This document shows positions 20,001 to 28,867 of a stretch of DNA of 30,454 nucleotides, piece by piece. A program made the position numbers and the translations under genes. The stretch comes from Stramenopiles sp. TOSAG23-6 (Eukaryota): contig LT635910.1 of the NCBI GenBank assembly GCA_900128565.1, forward strand, positions 62,001 through 92,454, read 5' to 3'. The notes under the pieces were generated by a model. The model did no database searches, was not told where the DNA came from, and saw only the letters and a list, made by a program, of their open reading frames with translations. Positions within the stretch are counted from its first letter, which is position 1; each line of letters begins with the position of its first letter.

Positions 20001-23000
20001 CACTTCAGAAGTTTCTGCCATATAATGTAATCTTTTCAGCGATTGCTGACAAAAAATTGCCAAATATTCTTCGTTCGCATTTTGCTACATTGATGCTTGC
20101 ACTTTGGGTTGATTGCGCACCACAACGACCACTTCGTATTCCATCTCTGACAAGACTTGAGGATGAAAACATGTCATCAAACTCTTTTAAAACCGGAAAA
20201 TTTCATGCATCAACTGATTTGTATTCAGGTAAATTTTTGCTTTTACAGTTACTTACTGTGCGATATTTTAAAGATTTGCCAGGTCAATTAAAACAAGCAG
20301 CTACACTTATCAAAAAAAAAGGTATCAACAAATTAACAGAAGAAATAGCAAAACTTGAAAATAAGCTTATTTGCTTTGGATTCTTCGGTACAATTGAGGA
20401 ACTTTTAGTCATTGGTCCCCCAATTGCACTTGCATTGACAAATAGTGATGGTGGCAGCATTGATGAGCAATTAATGTCAAGAAAAGATAATCAAAGCTTA
20501 ACAAAACGAAGCGCAAAAATTCATCCCGAGATGTCTGTTGTAACATTAAAGAATAATACTGAAAATACTAGAAATGATACAGACACTGCAAATATAGCAT
20601 TCAATAAAAACTTGATCAAAAATACAAAACAGCGTAGGGGTCATGGCAAGGTAAAAAGTGAAGAAACTGCCCTTGGAATTGTTGAAAAAACATCTGTTGT
20701 TGCACTTGTGTTTATATGCTCATTACTGAATCTTTGTATTGGGTTACTCTCACTAGGTCAAGTTGCAGGTATGGAAACAAGAAATTCTACAAGTGGTTTG
20801 CGCTTCATATTTGAGGTTTCCTGTGCAATTATTTTCTGTTCTGAAGCTACACTGCGAATGTACGGTATGGGGCTCCGAGCCTATTTTGAAGATTGGTTAT
20901 GTTTTTCTGATGCATTAGTGTCAATAATGGATGTGTTTGCCCTGTTCATATCAGGGGACTTTGAACACATTGCACAAATAGCTGTAGGGTTACGACTTTT
21001 ACGACTATTTCGTGTGATAAGGTTAATGCAGGATATACATTATACCCACAGCTTGCTATTTGTATCTATCAAATCACAGAGTAGTATTGTTAGGCCAACC
21101 CCAGTGGATGATCCGAAATATCGACAGTCGCAAGATAATCGGGAGCTAATGTCGAGTAAACTAGAACAGGTTCGTGTACTGCTTTTGATTGAAAAAATAC
21201 TATTAGATCATAGACTATCTGCTCTCATCAAGCTATGCACAGATGCTTTAAAATCAATGAATCATTCACAGGTAGAGAATTCTACAGAGAATCCATTTGC
21301 TCTAGCTTGTAGAAACCTGTGTTGTGAAAATTCCATGGATGATGCTGTGATCAGTCGATTTCAATCAATGCAAATCCACAATGTCGATCATGGTAATAAA
21401 ACATTTTACACAAATAAAACTCACGAGAGGAACGAGAGTAGCGTGAAAATACGTTCTCTATCACGAAAACTTTCACAATCAATTACACTTGGCGTCGTTG
21501 GGAAACATCTTCTCCCAAATAAGCAAAAAACAGATGCATTGATATCTCCATTTAATCAGGTTTTTTCGACGGTTCTTCCAGAATATTGGCTTGAACAATT
21601 CACAGTTCAAAATTTAGACGAAATACTAGTTGACATGTGTCTTTTTGAGGATAAACTTCTTGTACAGGAGTCTTTAGCCCTTTTAATAGTTAAACACAGC
21701 CAACGTGATCGGCTTTTAAATAATCTCTCTCGTGTTCATCTACTTCATGGAAGTCTTGCAGAAATGTACGCTGAATTGAAACAAATTTCAAATCATCTAG
21801 ACGATGCAGCTTTTTCATTTGAATGCTGGGAGAGCCTTACACGTACAGAAATAATTTTGGTGGATGGAAAATCTAAGCGTATTAACACTGCAAGACAGAC
21901 AAACAAAAATGTCAAGAAATGGTTCAAGCAACTAACTGATCATTGCACTGAACAGCCTCTTCAAATTGATCAAAAAATCCAAATTAATGATCAATGGCGT
22001 CAAATTCAATCGGTACTTGCAAATGAAGGTATTTTTGAAACCGTTCAAGAATTTTATAGACAAGTTCCAGGTGAGGCATTCTCAATAGCAAACGCTCGAA
22101 TGAAGAAGTATGTAGCAACATTAAATAATTCAAGTGAATCTAACCAGACAGCAAAAAAAGATAAACTGATATCTCAAGAAAGAACTATACCTATTATAGG
22201 TGAAAAAAGCCCCCAAAAAACACCTACAATATCAAGTGGAATGGTTATTCGAGTAGCACAGTTAGCAGGCCAGCGTCATGTAGCCTCCGAAGTATTAGAG
22301 AATACAATGAACATTTTTAGTTTATGTAACAATTTTCTTGCAGCATGGGCACGAAAAAATCCTGAGAATCAAATCACACTATTTAAGAACAGAAGAGTTT
22401 TTTTTGATTGCCTTGGTGTTGTTCCCGGTGTTCCATTGGTCGTGAGGGCTATGTTCCATGATAATAGGAGTCTTTTAGAACGTGTAACAACGGAGTTCGT
22501 AGAACGCATTGTAAACACTATGTCATCATTGGATACTCCCGAAGCTTCGTACATAAGAGTACTACGAAGTTTTGTTGAATGTCAGGGAACTCCGGTTGCA
22601 AGGAACCAAATGAAAGTGGTGAAAGTATTCAGACGGTTGCCATCTTTTTATCTCCAAAATTGGCTAGCAACAAATCCAAATAAAGCAGAGTATAAAGCGA
22701 GAGTACATGATTTTAAAAAAGGTGTTGATTGGAGGGATAGACCACGGACTATTTTTGGGTTAGAGTTACTGGACTTATTAGCGATGTGTTCCAAGGGAAA
22801 GTGTACATTGGCCGAGGCTCTTTGTCAAACGCTATATCCGTACGATAAAGTTATCCAGGGTATTCTAGATGAAAGGTTACCTTGGAATATCCGAGGAACA
22901 TTAATGTCTTTTTTTCTCCATACTGCTGTTGAAACAGAAACGCGAATTAGTAGCTTTGGTAATTGTGCTGAAATACCGCAACTACTGACTCTGTTTGTTC

Positions 23001-26000
23001 GATTACTTTCCATTTTAGCCAACCATTCCGATCGATTGGTACTACTAGGAACTACTGATATATGGCGAAAAAAGGAACAACTAAGCGAGATTAATATTCT
23101 CAACGTGGGAAATATTGCAACATTCGAAGAATCTGACGGAACAGCGTCCCATTCACAAATACTTTTGCATTTAATATACACTGTAGTACTACCAACTGCT
23201 CATTCTTTTTTCACAAAATATACAACAGAAATGTCACAGATACGTTTAAGGCTACAATCAGAAGCTAAAGGTCTAGCTAATACAGCTGCTGCTTTTGTAG
23301 CAACCACACAAGAAGGTAAAAGTATAAACCAAACTTCCGTTAATACACTATTTGATGACTTTGACTACTGTCTTCGTAAGCTAATTTCTATGAATAAAAG
23401 TAGCAAAAGTGGTCTTCACTATCTTCTTACTGAAGTGAGAAATAGCGCATTGCCGTTGCTATCTGGAAGATCCAAAACAATGCAGAGGAAATTAGCATTG
23501 AAGCCAGTTACAGCTAAAAACTTGTCTCAAAAGACAAAACCGAAAAAAAGAAAACATTCTCATTGGGCATTTTCGAGAGAAAAAATACAATCTGTTAACG
23601 TAGGTTCACAGAAGTTGAATCCAAAGTTGCTTGCAGATGCGATGCACAAATCAAAAAGAATGCAACAAATGGTTGATATGGAGTTCCAAAAGTTGGTTGA
23701 AATTTTCTGGCAACTCTCTGTTGATGAGGCTTCAGCTAAGAGTCGCGGAAATGTTTTAAATCGTATTGTTCTTTTCACACGCTCTATAATAAAATTTGAT
23801 CCTACTTCAACAACAGCGTTTAGCCGAACCGTAGACCCTTCTTTGGAATACCTAGTTGTTGGAACGCTAAGATTATTCAATGAGTTCCAGCACAATATTG
23901 AAGTTCATAAGCTCAAACGTGTAAAACACTGGTCCTCCATTTTTTTTGGTGAATCTAACTCAAAACAAGACGAATTTTTCAAAATGCAGCAACAGAATAA
24001 AGTAGTTTTTCAAGAGCAACTGGTTTGTGTTGGCGCAATGAAGTTAATAGTTGATCTAGTTGCTCCTGGTATTTCTTCAGTTATAATGATTGAAGCTTTA
24101 AGTCTTGGGTTGTCGATTATAAAAGATGGCTTTAAGTCTGGAATATCAGATGCTATTAAGTATATATCCGCCGGATCTTCGGAAGATTTCTTTTCAGGAA
24201 TTCGATTTACTCTGCAGAAGTGTATGCAGGCATTGCATGAAATTATTTCGCGTACCAAGGAACGTCATATAAAGAATGAAGGAGATGGAAACCATGACTC
24301 AAAGCGTGAGGCATATAATGAACAGAAAGGTAGATCTTCCGGTAATACGCCAATAAAGTATCCTTCCCACATATTTCCAGCTAGGAATGCGGATTATAAG
24401 TTGCAAATGTTGCTTGTAAGAACAATTATACATTTTTTAACAAACCTCTGCCGCCGAAATCGTCATATGCAGATTCTTCTGATGGAACAGCCTTCTAATG
24501 AAATTTCCGTTAATCTCCTCAGTGTTTTTGTTCACTATTTGAATATTATTTCACGTGACTGTTTTACAGAAAAAACTAGAAAAACTCAAAGCACTAAACT
24601 TGGAAATAATGCCGATAAAGTTTATACATTTATATCTGCGAATGACGCTGCAATGGCTTCGTCAATAGCACATCTTTTAATTGCAGCTGTGGTTGGACCT
24701 TGTCTGGAGACACAATACTTCCTAGCTATTGACACTGAGCTGCTTCATATAACTAATAGAATAGTTCGAAAAATGCGTTTGGTTTGGTCATCTCACTCTA
24801 GCGACAATGAAGCAAGTACTCAGGATTATCATAAGCTTTTTGATACTTGGTATAATCTAGACCAGGCAATAATTAATTTGTTACTTGCTCTTTTAGAAGG
24901 TCGTAAGGATACTGTAGTCCACGCCAAATTTTTAGGAGTTATCAAATTTCGAGATCTAATGCGCCGTATACGGGCAATTCGATTGCAAGACATTCTCGCA
25001 CATAATCATATATTCCACGGAATAGGATCTCTTGCAGAGAATATGCTTCATATTCATCCTCTTCACATTAACGCAAAGTCAGGCCTGCATAAAATCGGCA
25101 AGGGGGCAGTCGAAGCATTGAATCCTTTTACAGTCGGTTCAAATCTTCGTAGCGTTGGGCACGGGATGAACAAAGTGGGACATGATATGAGTCGTGGGGC
25201 AATGGAGGGATTACTGAGTGTAGGTAAAGGAATTCTTGGTACAGTTTCATCAAAACCACTTTATCATCATTCCCTCAAGTATGGATTCGAAGTAGTTTCT
25301 CTATTGTTACTGTTACGGGATTATGACAAATCATGGTTTGAAGGATTTTTAAATGTATGTGATACGCAAACAAGATTGTCACCCACGTTTTCAACTCAAA
25401 CAAATAGAACTATGAAATTGAAAACGCCACGACTTGTTCACATGAAATCTCACCGTAGCCAAACTGATAAAGCTTCTGCGTATGATCTCATAAGCTGGTA
25501 CAAGCGTAAAATGTCATGCGTGGAAATACTGTGGAAAGGACAAATACATCGATCATATTTTCCCAAACCCGCTATTTTTAAATTTGTAATGGAATCTAGC
25601 CAGGAAGCATTTGTTGAAAATGTGGATAGGACAAATTCTGAAACAAAGCTNATATCATTAATGGCAGTGGCTAAACAAATGTACCACGAAATGCAACATC
25701 AGAAGCTCTTGAAAAGCCTAAGCCTTAGCCGTTTTGGTCTTGGCTTCTTGAATGTTGCTCGTGTATTATCTGATTCGAATCAGCGAATTTTAATGAATTT
25801 ATCGTTTTATCTCGCGCTAATTATTAATACTATACTTTTAGCTTTCTATAATGGAGTTGAATCTAATCCTCGGCTAACAACTGAGTATAACACTCTCTTA
25901 AACGGTGTAAGTGACACTTATGTGCACATTCTGATAACATTATTCGGAACTCTTCAGGCATTCACTGCCTCAGCCCTACTTTTACAGGTAGTTGTTGTGA

Positions 26001-27031
26001 ACGGTCCTACCCTTCTACAGCAACCAAGGTATAATGGTAGTATCGTCCTTCTTATTGGAACTACTCGAATTGGGTGGTATTTATTGTATACTTTATTTGC
26101 TGCACTTGGAGCGGGCGGGTACCACGGATTTTTTGCATTACACCTTTTAGATGTAGTAGTTAGAAACTCTACTACAAGAGACGTTCTATATAGTGTTTGG
26201 AAGCCTATACGCCAACTTTCAATGACAGCCTTCTTTGCTATGATTGTAGTCTATATCTTTTCAGTGCTCATTTTTTTAGAATTCCGTGCTGATTTTGAAC
26301 ATGGAGAATGCCGCACTTTATTCACTTGTTTTGTCACGACACTTAATTATGGTATTCGTAATGGTGGAGGTATTGGAGAGAGTGTTATGGAGTATTTTCC
26401 GGAAGAAGCCAGAGTTGAGTGGTTCCAGCGAACTGTGTTTTATTTTCTATTTTTTGGTACTTACAATCTCTTTCCGACCTACTTGAAATTTTCATATACA
26501 TATTCCTGCTTACTAACTTATCCTCACACAATCTTGATATCTAAACCTAAAACAGTTGCCGTTAATATAATCTTATTGAATATCATATTTGGTATCATTA
26601 TTGATAATTTTGCAATGCTTCGAGGTGTAAAAGAAGACAAAAATTTAGATATGCAAAATATATGTTTCATATGTGGTATTCATCGACCAGAATTTGACAA
26701 ATTACGCCCAAATGGGTTTAGTCAACATATATCTTCTGAACATAACATGTGGTCGTATTTACAGTTCATTGTTCATTGTTGGGAAAAAGGTAGCACTAAA
26801 TTGAATGGTATTGAGCGACATGTTGAGAATTCGGTAAATAATAATGACCCATGTTGGTTTCCAGTTGGGCGAGCAATTGAATTGGAGGGGAATAACAATG
26901 AAGAAGATGAAGCAGATTTAAAAGATTCTCTAGCTAAGTTATCTTCAGAGCTTCGTGAATTTACTTCTGCTGAACTTTCTAAATTAGGTCATGAACTCAA
27001 AAGTCGTACAAATGTTTCAATTAATACTTAG
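17075..27031 (+). CDS. ITPR: Inositol 1,4,5-trisphosphate receptor-family Ca2+-release channel with an inserted voltage-sensor domain; exons 17075-26456 and 26556-27031 (~3285 aa)
   Basis: Suppressor/MIR beta-trefoils (DFRECVFRVMPQKQYSA, VQLQHVKSAKYI, SWFTIRPRFK, FRFRHLNSGLYL), RIH domains (RQHLVREQG, YLEFLHALC...NQELV, LFARMCLNRNYLAI, LAMCSKGK..AEALCQ), RIH-associated region (LLALLEGR), six-TM channel (LHLLD...VYIFS...YGIRNGGGIGE...ILLNIIFGIIIDNFAMLR), zinc finger CFICG...H...EHNMWSY...CWFP. Confidence 0.96.
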   Translation: MSHCTEIDLKFGDIVSLHSMSEDGVQGFLRAEGTSEMHVTPSNYDKNTKDITNNTVTTDDFRECVFRVMPQKQYSAREELQLEIEKLTLFTAARKTSKDAYNSYKYGQIESQILALKENISDLHEAANIETKFNQVETKKRLGQSVRFGECVQLQHVKSAKYIAVQPQSVALLETTCLKVELSXGSTCSWFTIRPRFKVHTDGDVVEVSDQVVLEFRQRPHEFLHVNAQEEVNCSLVHTSWYIEQFSSYTSDMNRFVNTLSMIRIQHPQTHSFLCSNESIKYIGGKRVIGSNRNVLLHKDVKLASFRKRVKNSKREHGSNNKIDTVHETGADEAEETESYGNESSINSPHLNSNFIWIIEREDNRTGGVAVWGMRFRFRHLNSGLYLSSNPSCTAAELIEEANVNNIPLNKKISSHNXXSNKSTGLHQRIQNKDEILASIRNFSDLCVVKNRESIGTLFELSPISRKTRDSFQRIQKESGLKLKAIEYFPVVNDKAGNDNDGENNAGTTNSIHPAWVHHXSIEGLIDGKEMLRSVRCTDKSNNDDALIIQNVSSKQSKDTEHSLHLVNNFAQLFFKLSNGTLTLNDVTTLKYAASSLGNIVYFVTGRTLNKTSFGFEDSIEAILEESLEVPLHPRRQHLVREQGALRIAFNLIELLIDRYQIGVNHMEKEALNELETKEDNNNENNRSRWYDVKGLHLGQLAGRKLPGSILGEKVILFCRGLYAMITLTFRENTKIEIYAAQWINIMIKHINLNIGAVGCLTLLVDDNATILTEHVTASHIKLFAGLILQFGMNAQYLEFLHALCSCVKGTLGQREVIPDNQELVARYILDLSQTKIENTTKNDRGSVLIRTKFDKESKISPPIQNDSNDIDIFLKDSRTNRSTHSRNVSHNESKIWGKELLDQTHTIIITWDSPPASLSPEVLFGKKWVPLSEFMRKCENTKKEEGRVTMRDYYCTQIKLFARMCLNRNYLAIIPLQKFLPYNVIFSAIADKKLPNILRSHFATLMLALWVDCAPQRPLRIPSLTRLEDENMSSNSFKTGKFHASTDLYSGKFLLLQLLTVRYFKDLPGQLKQAATLIKKKGINKLTEEIAKLENKLICFGFFGTIEELLVIGPPIALALTNSDGGSIDEQLMSRKDNQSLTKRSAKIHPEMSVVTLKNNTENTRNDTDTANIAFNKNLIKNTKQRRGHGKVKSEETALGIVEKTSVVALVFICSLLNLCIGLLSLGQVAGMETRNSTSGLRFIFEVSCAIIFCSEATLRMYGMGLRAYFEDWLCFSDALVSIMDVFALFISGDFEHIAQIAVGLRLLRLFRVIRLMQDIHYTHSLLFVSIKSQSSIVRPTPVDDPKYRQSQDNRELMSSKLEQVRVLLLIEKILLDHRLSALIKLCTDALKSMNHSQVENSTENPFALACRNLCCENSMDDAVISRFQSMQIHNVDHGNKTFYTNKTHERNESSVKIRSLSRKLSQSITLGVVGKHLLPNKQKTDALISPFNQVFSTVLPEYWLEQFTVQNLDEILVDMCLFEDKLLVQESLALLIVKHSQRDRLLNNLSRVHLLHGSLAEMYAELKQISNHLDDAAFSFECWESLTRTEIILVDGKSKRINTARQTNKNVKKWFKQLTDHCTEQPLQIDQKIQINDQWRQIQSVLANEGIFETVQEFYRQVPGEAFSIANARMKKYVATLNNSSESNQTAKKDKLISQERTIPIIGEKSPQKTPTISSGMVIRVAQLAGQRHVASEVLENTMNIFSLCNNFLAAWARKNPENQITLFKNRRVFFDCLGVVPGVPLVVRAMFHDNRSLLERVTTEFVERIVNTMSSLDTPEASYIRVLRSFVECQGTPVARNQMKVVKVFRRLPSFYLQNWLATNPNKAEYKARVHDFKKGVDWRDRPRTIFGLELLDLLAMCSKGKCTLAEALCQTLYPYDKVIQGILDERLPWNIRGTLMSFFLHTAVETETRISSFGNCAEIPQLLTLFVRLLSILANHSDRLVLLGTTDIWRKKEQLSEINILNVGNIATFEESDGTASHSQILLHLIYTVVLPTAHSFFTKYTTEMSQIRLRLQSEAKGLANTAAAFVATTQEGKSINQTSVNTLFDDFDYCLRKLISMNKSSKSGLHYLLTEVRNSALPLLSGRSKTMQRKLALKPVTAKNLSQKTKPKKRKHSHWAFSREKIQSVNVGSQKLNPKLLADAMHKSKRMQQMVDMEFQKLVEIFWQLSVDEASAKSRGNVLNRIVLFTRSIIKFDPTSTTAFSRTVDPSLEYLVVGTLRLFNEFQHNIEVHKLKRVKHWSSIFFGESNSKQDEFFKMQQQNKVVFQEQLVCVGAMKLIVDLVAPGISSVIMIEALSLGLSIIKDGFKSGISDAIKYISAGSSEDFFSGIRFTLQKCMQALHEIISRTKERHIKNEGDGNHDSKREAYNEQKGRSSGNTPIKYPSHIFPARNADYKLQMLLVRTIIHFLTNLCRRNRHMQILLMEQPSNEISVNLLSVFVHYLNIISRDCFTEKTRKTQSTKLGNNADKVYTFISANDAAMASSIAHLLIAAVVGPCLETQYFLAIDTELLHITNRIVRKMRLVWSSHSSDNEASTQDYHKLFDTWYNLDQAIINLLLALLEGRKDTVVHAKFLGVIKFRDLMRRIRAIRLQDILAHNHIFHGIGSLAENMLHIHPLHINAKSGLHKIGKGAVEALNPFTVGSNLRSVGHGMNKVGHDMSRGAMEGLLSVGKGILGTVSSKPLYHHSLKYGFEVVSLLLLLRDYDKSWFEGFLNVCDTQTRLSPTFSTQTNRTMKLKTPRLVHMKSHRSQTDKASAYDLISWYKRKMSCVEILWKGQIHRSYFPKPAIFKFVMESSQEAFVENVDRTNSETKXISLMAVAKQMYHEMQHQKLLKSLSLSRFGLGFLNVARVLSDSNQRILMNLSFYLALIINTILLAFYNGVESNPRLTTEYNTLLNGVSDTYVHILITLFGTLQAFTASALLLQVVVVNGPTLLQQPRYNGSIVLLIGTTRIGWYLLYTLFAALGAGGYHGFFALHLLDVVVRNSTTRDVLYSVWKPIRQLSMTAFFAMIVVYIFSVLIFLEFRADFEHGECRTLFTCFVTTLNYGIRNGGGIGESVMEYFPEEARVEWFQRTVFYFLFFGTYNLFPTYLKFSYTYSCLLTYPHTILISKPKTVAVNIILLNIIFGIIIDNFAMLRGVKEDKNLDMQNICFICGIHRPEFDKLRPNGFSQHISSEHNMWSYLQFIVHCWEKGSTKLNGIERHVENSVNNNDPCWFPVGRAIELEGNNNEEDEADLKDSLAKLSSELREFTSAELSKLGHELKSRTNVSINT
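20681..21034 (+). other. Voltage-sensor domain (S1-S4) coded within the IP3R ORF, about aa 1203-1320
   Basis: S1 VVALVFICSLLNLCIGLL; S2 FIFEVSCAIIFCSEATLRMYGMG; S2-S3 GLRAYFEDWLCFSDALVSIMDVF; S4 GLRLLRLFRVIRLM. Confidence 0.88.
26457..26555 (+). other. Spliceosomal intron, 99 nt, in frame and stop-free, inside the TM6 coding region
   Basis: GTACTT...TACTAAC(26511-26517)...AAACAG; removal gives YFLFFVAVNIILLNIIFGIIIDNF, matching IP3R TM6. Confidence 0.9.
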
Positions 27032-27103
27032 TTATTCGCGAAACAGTGGTAACAATTGGTACATATAAATTGAAGTAAAAACTTTTATCTTGACTAATTA
27101 AAT

Positions 27104-28867
27104 TTAAATAAATTGAATGTTAAAAATACCCGATGAATTCAAACTCAGACCAGCTTTGGATTTGTCATACATATTTTTTCCTCTCTCTTTATCTTTTGAC
27201 TTTAATTGTGTGTACTTGTAGTCTAATCTCATGCATCTCTCAATAGCATCACTTATTCCTGCCGATGTAGCTGCTTCTTCTGCAGCAATTGTTAATAGCC
27301 CTTTTGGACAATTTGGTACTGCAGCTAAGATACTTGAACTAGATACTCTATATCGTTGTAAACACAGAATTGCGTTTGAAAACCATTCGGTGAATTCTTT
27401 ATATCCTATTCCCCCATCCAAGTTTTCATTCTGTCTTTCTGTGAGTGACATTGAAAATAATCCTAATTCAGGTTCGGATAAAGGTTTCATAGGCCAACTT
27501 TTTTCACATACCCAATATAGCAAATAATCAATTTCAGGCTCAGTAAGTGTTCCGATTCCATTGGTATTCATTTTGATGAACTCCGTTTTTGCTAAACGTA
27601 AAACATTATGTATATGAGCTTTTTTAGAAAATGACAACACTTTACCCTTGTGCTTAATCTGATTTTGTTCTTCTAATATGGCTCCAATAGTAGCAGCTTC
27701 AATAATTTTTTCTTGCATGCGATGTCTTTGTGTTGTCCATTTTCCTACAGTCGAAGCTACACATTCTTTCACAAACATATGTTCATTCAGTATTCTAATA
27801 TGAATCTTCTGTATTAAGGTGTCTTTTAACAACTTTAAATGTCTCAAATGTATTTGAACTCCATTTAACTGCTGCCTACTTGTACTATCCGCAGAATTTC
27901 TATCAGTTGGGACTTGTGACAATGTATCACTACAAGAACTTNCTTTATTAGTAAAAGAAAAAGATTCCGAAAAGAAATCACGAAGTCTAGAATGCCTACT
28001 GACTCCCGGAATATTCACTTTTGAGTATACATCTCGACTTTCCTCAGATTTAAATAAACGTAGAGTAGTAGGTTGGGAAAAAGTGTCACCATATTTCAGC
28101 AGTTGTTTGGATTCTATATTAGGGCTTTCAGTGACTAATTCTTCAATAAGATGACGCAAATATGTTTTTTCCTGTTCCCTGTCTTCTTTCTTTTGTTTTA
28201 AAGTTTTATGGGGCCTTGCAAAAGTAACCTCATTATCAAATCTGTCTATAAAGGAATGCATACTTTCTTCAAGCTGTCGCATGGAGTTCCTTCTCAATGG
28301 GAAGTATTTACTATAATCCATGCAAGTCGAGTATTTTGTTGAAGGCACACGGTAACAATTTTTACGAAGATCGTTTACCTCATGCTTTCCTAAAGCTAAT
28401 TTTTTGTTAAGTTCATTTTTCCTGTGTATTACATCAATATTTCTTTCTTCAGCCTTGCTTGTTATTCGCTTCTTAAAGCAACACAAATCATCACCAAAAA
28501 CATCAACTAAAGGGCCTGAATCAATGGCTGTTGTAGCTGGTTCAACAAAAAAAATCTTGGGCTTTGTGCACAATTTCAGAATACGTTCATCGTCGTGCTT
28601 TGGTTCTCTAAAGTTTTCCATATCTAGTTTTGTATCTCGTGACAAATCTCCATGCAATCGTGTTGTACTTTTTGGGGTGTCATTGAATAAATGTGACAGT
28701 TCTGACGAATTCATCGTTTCTAGATTATTTATAGCTTGTTGAATATCATCCATATTGCAAGGCAATGGAACAAGGCAATATTCTAGTTCATATGGATCAG
28801 TCATAGCATCAATGTTTGAACCCACCTCTATCCTTTTCTTTGACTTATTCAAGATTAATCTTTTCAT
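27104..28867 (-). CDS. Uncharacterised protein with a C-terminal degenerate EF-hand pair
   Basis: 587-aa ORF; EFIKMNTNGIGTLTEPEIDYLL and RQNENLDGGIGYKEFTEWF fit EF-hand loop spacing with non-canonical first ligands. Confidence 0.7.
   Translation of the reverse strand: MKRLILNKSKKRIEVGSNIDAMTDPYELEYCLVPLPCNMDDIQQAINNLETMNSSELSHLFNDTPKSTTRLHGDLSRDTKLDMENFREPKHDDERILKLCTKPKIFFVEPATTAIDSGPLVDVFGDDLCCFKKRITSKAEERNIDVIHRKNELNKKLALGKHEVNDLRKNCYRVPSTKYSTCMDYSKYFPLRRNSMRQLEESMHSFIDRFDNEVTFARPHKTLKQKKEDREQEKTYLRHLIEELVTESPNIESKQLLKYGDTFSQPTTLRLFKSEESRDVYSKVNIPGVSRHSRLRDFFSESFSFTNKXSSCSDTLSQVPTDRNSADSTSRQQLNGVQIHLRHLKLLKDTLIQKIHIRILNEHMFVKECVASTVGKWTTQRHRMQEKIIEAATIGAILEEQNQIKHKGKVLSFSKKAHIHNVLRLAKTEFIKMNTNGIGTLTEPEIDYLLYWVCEKSWPMKPLSEPELGLFSMSLTERQNENLDGGIGYKEFTEWFSNAILCLQRYRVSSSSILAAVPNCPKGLLTIAAEEAATSAGISDAIERCMRLDYKYTQLKSKDKERGKNMYDKSKAGLSLNSSGIFNIQFI

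Noticed and set aside
20681-21034. VSD as an Hv1 proton channel, or as a separate Nav/Cav gene fused by mis-prediction
   Set aside because: S4 is RLFRVIR, not the Hv1 RxWRxxR, and S1 has no selectivity Asp. There is no S5-S6 pore, and no stop or intron separates it from IP3R sequence on either side.
17664-26486. Short antisense and alternative-frame ORFs inside the IP3R (and similar ones within other genes)
   Set aside because: 60-118 aa shadows of long real CDSs with no motifs; expected by chance.
9009-26555. Three canonical introns all 3n in length (102, 96, 99 nt)
   Set aside because: Small sample; two contain in-frame stops and the acs intron is not 3n.
27031-27104. IP3R and EF-hand gene as a functional calcium cluster
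   Set aside because: Tail-to-tail adjacency (72 bp apart) in a compact eukaryotic genome is not evidence of shared function; neighbours are unrelated.
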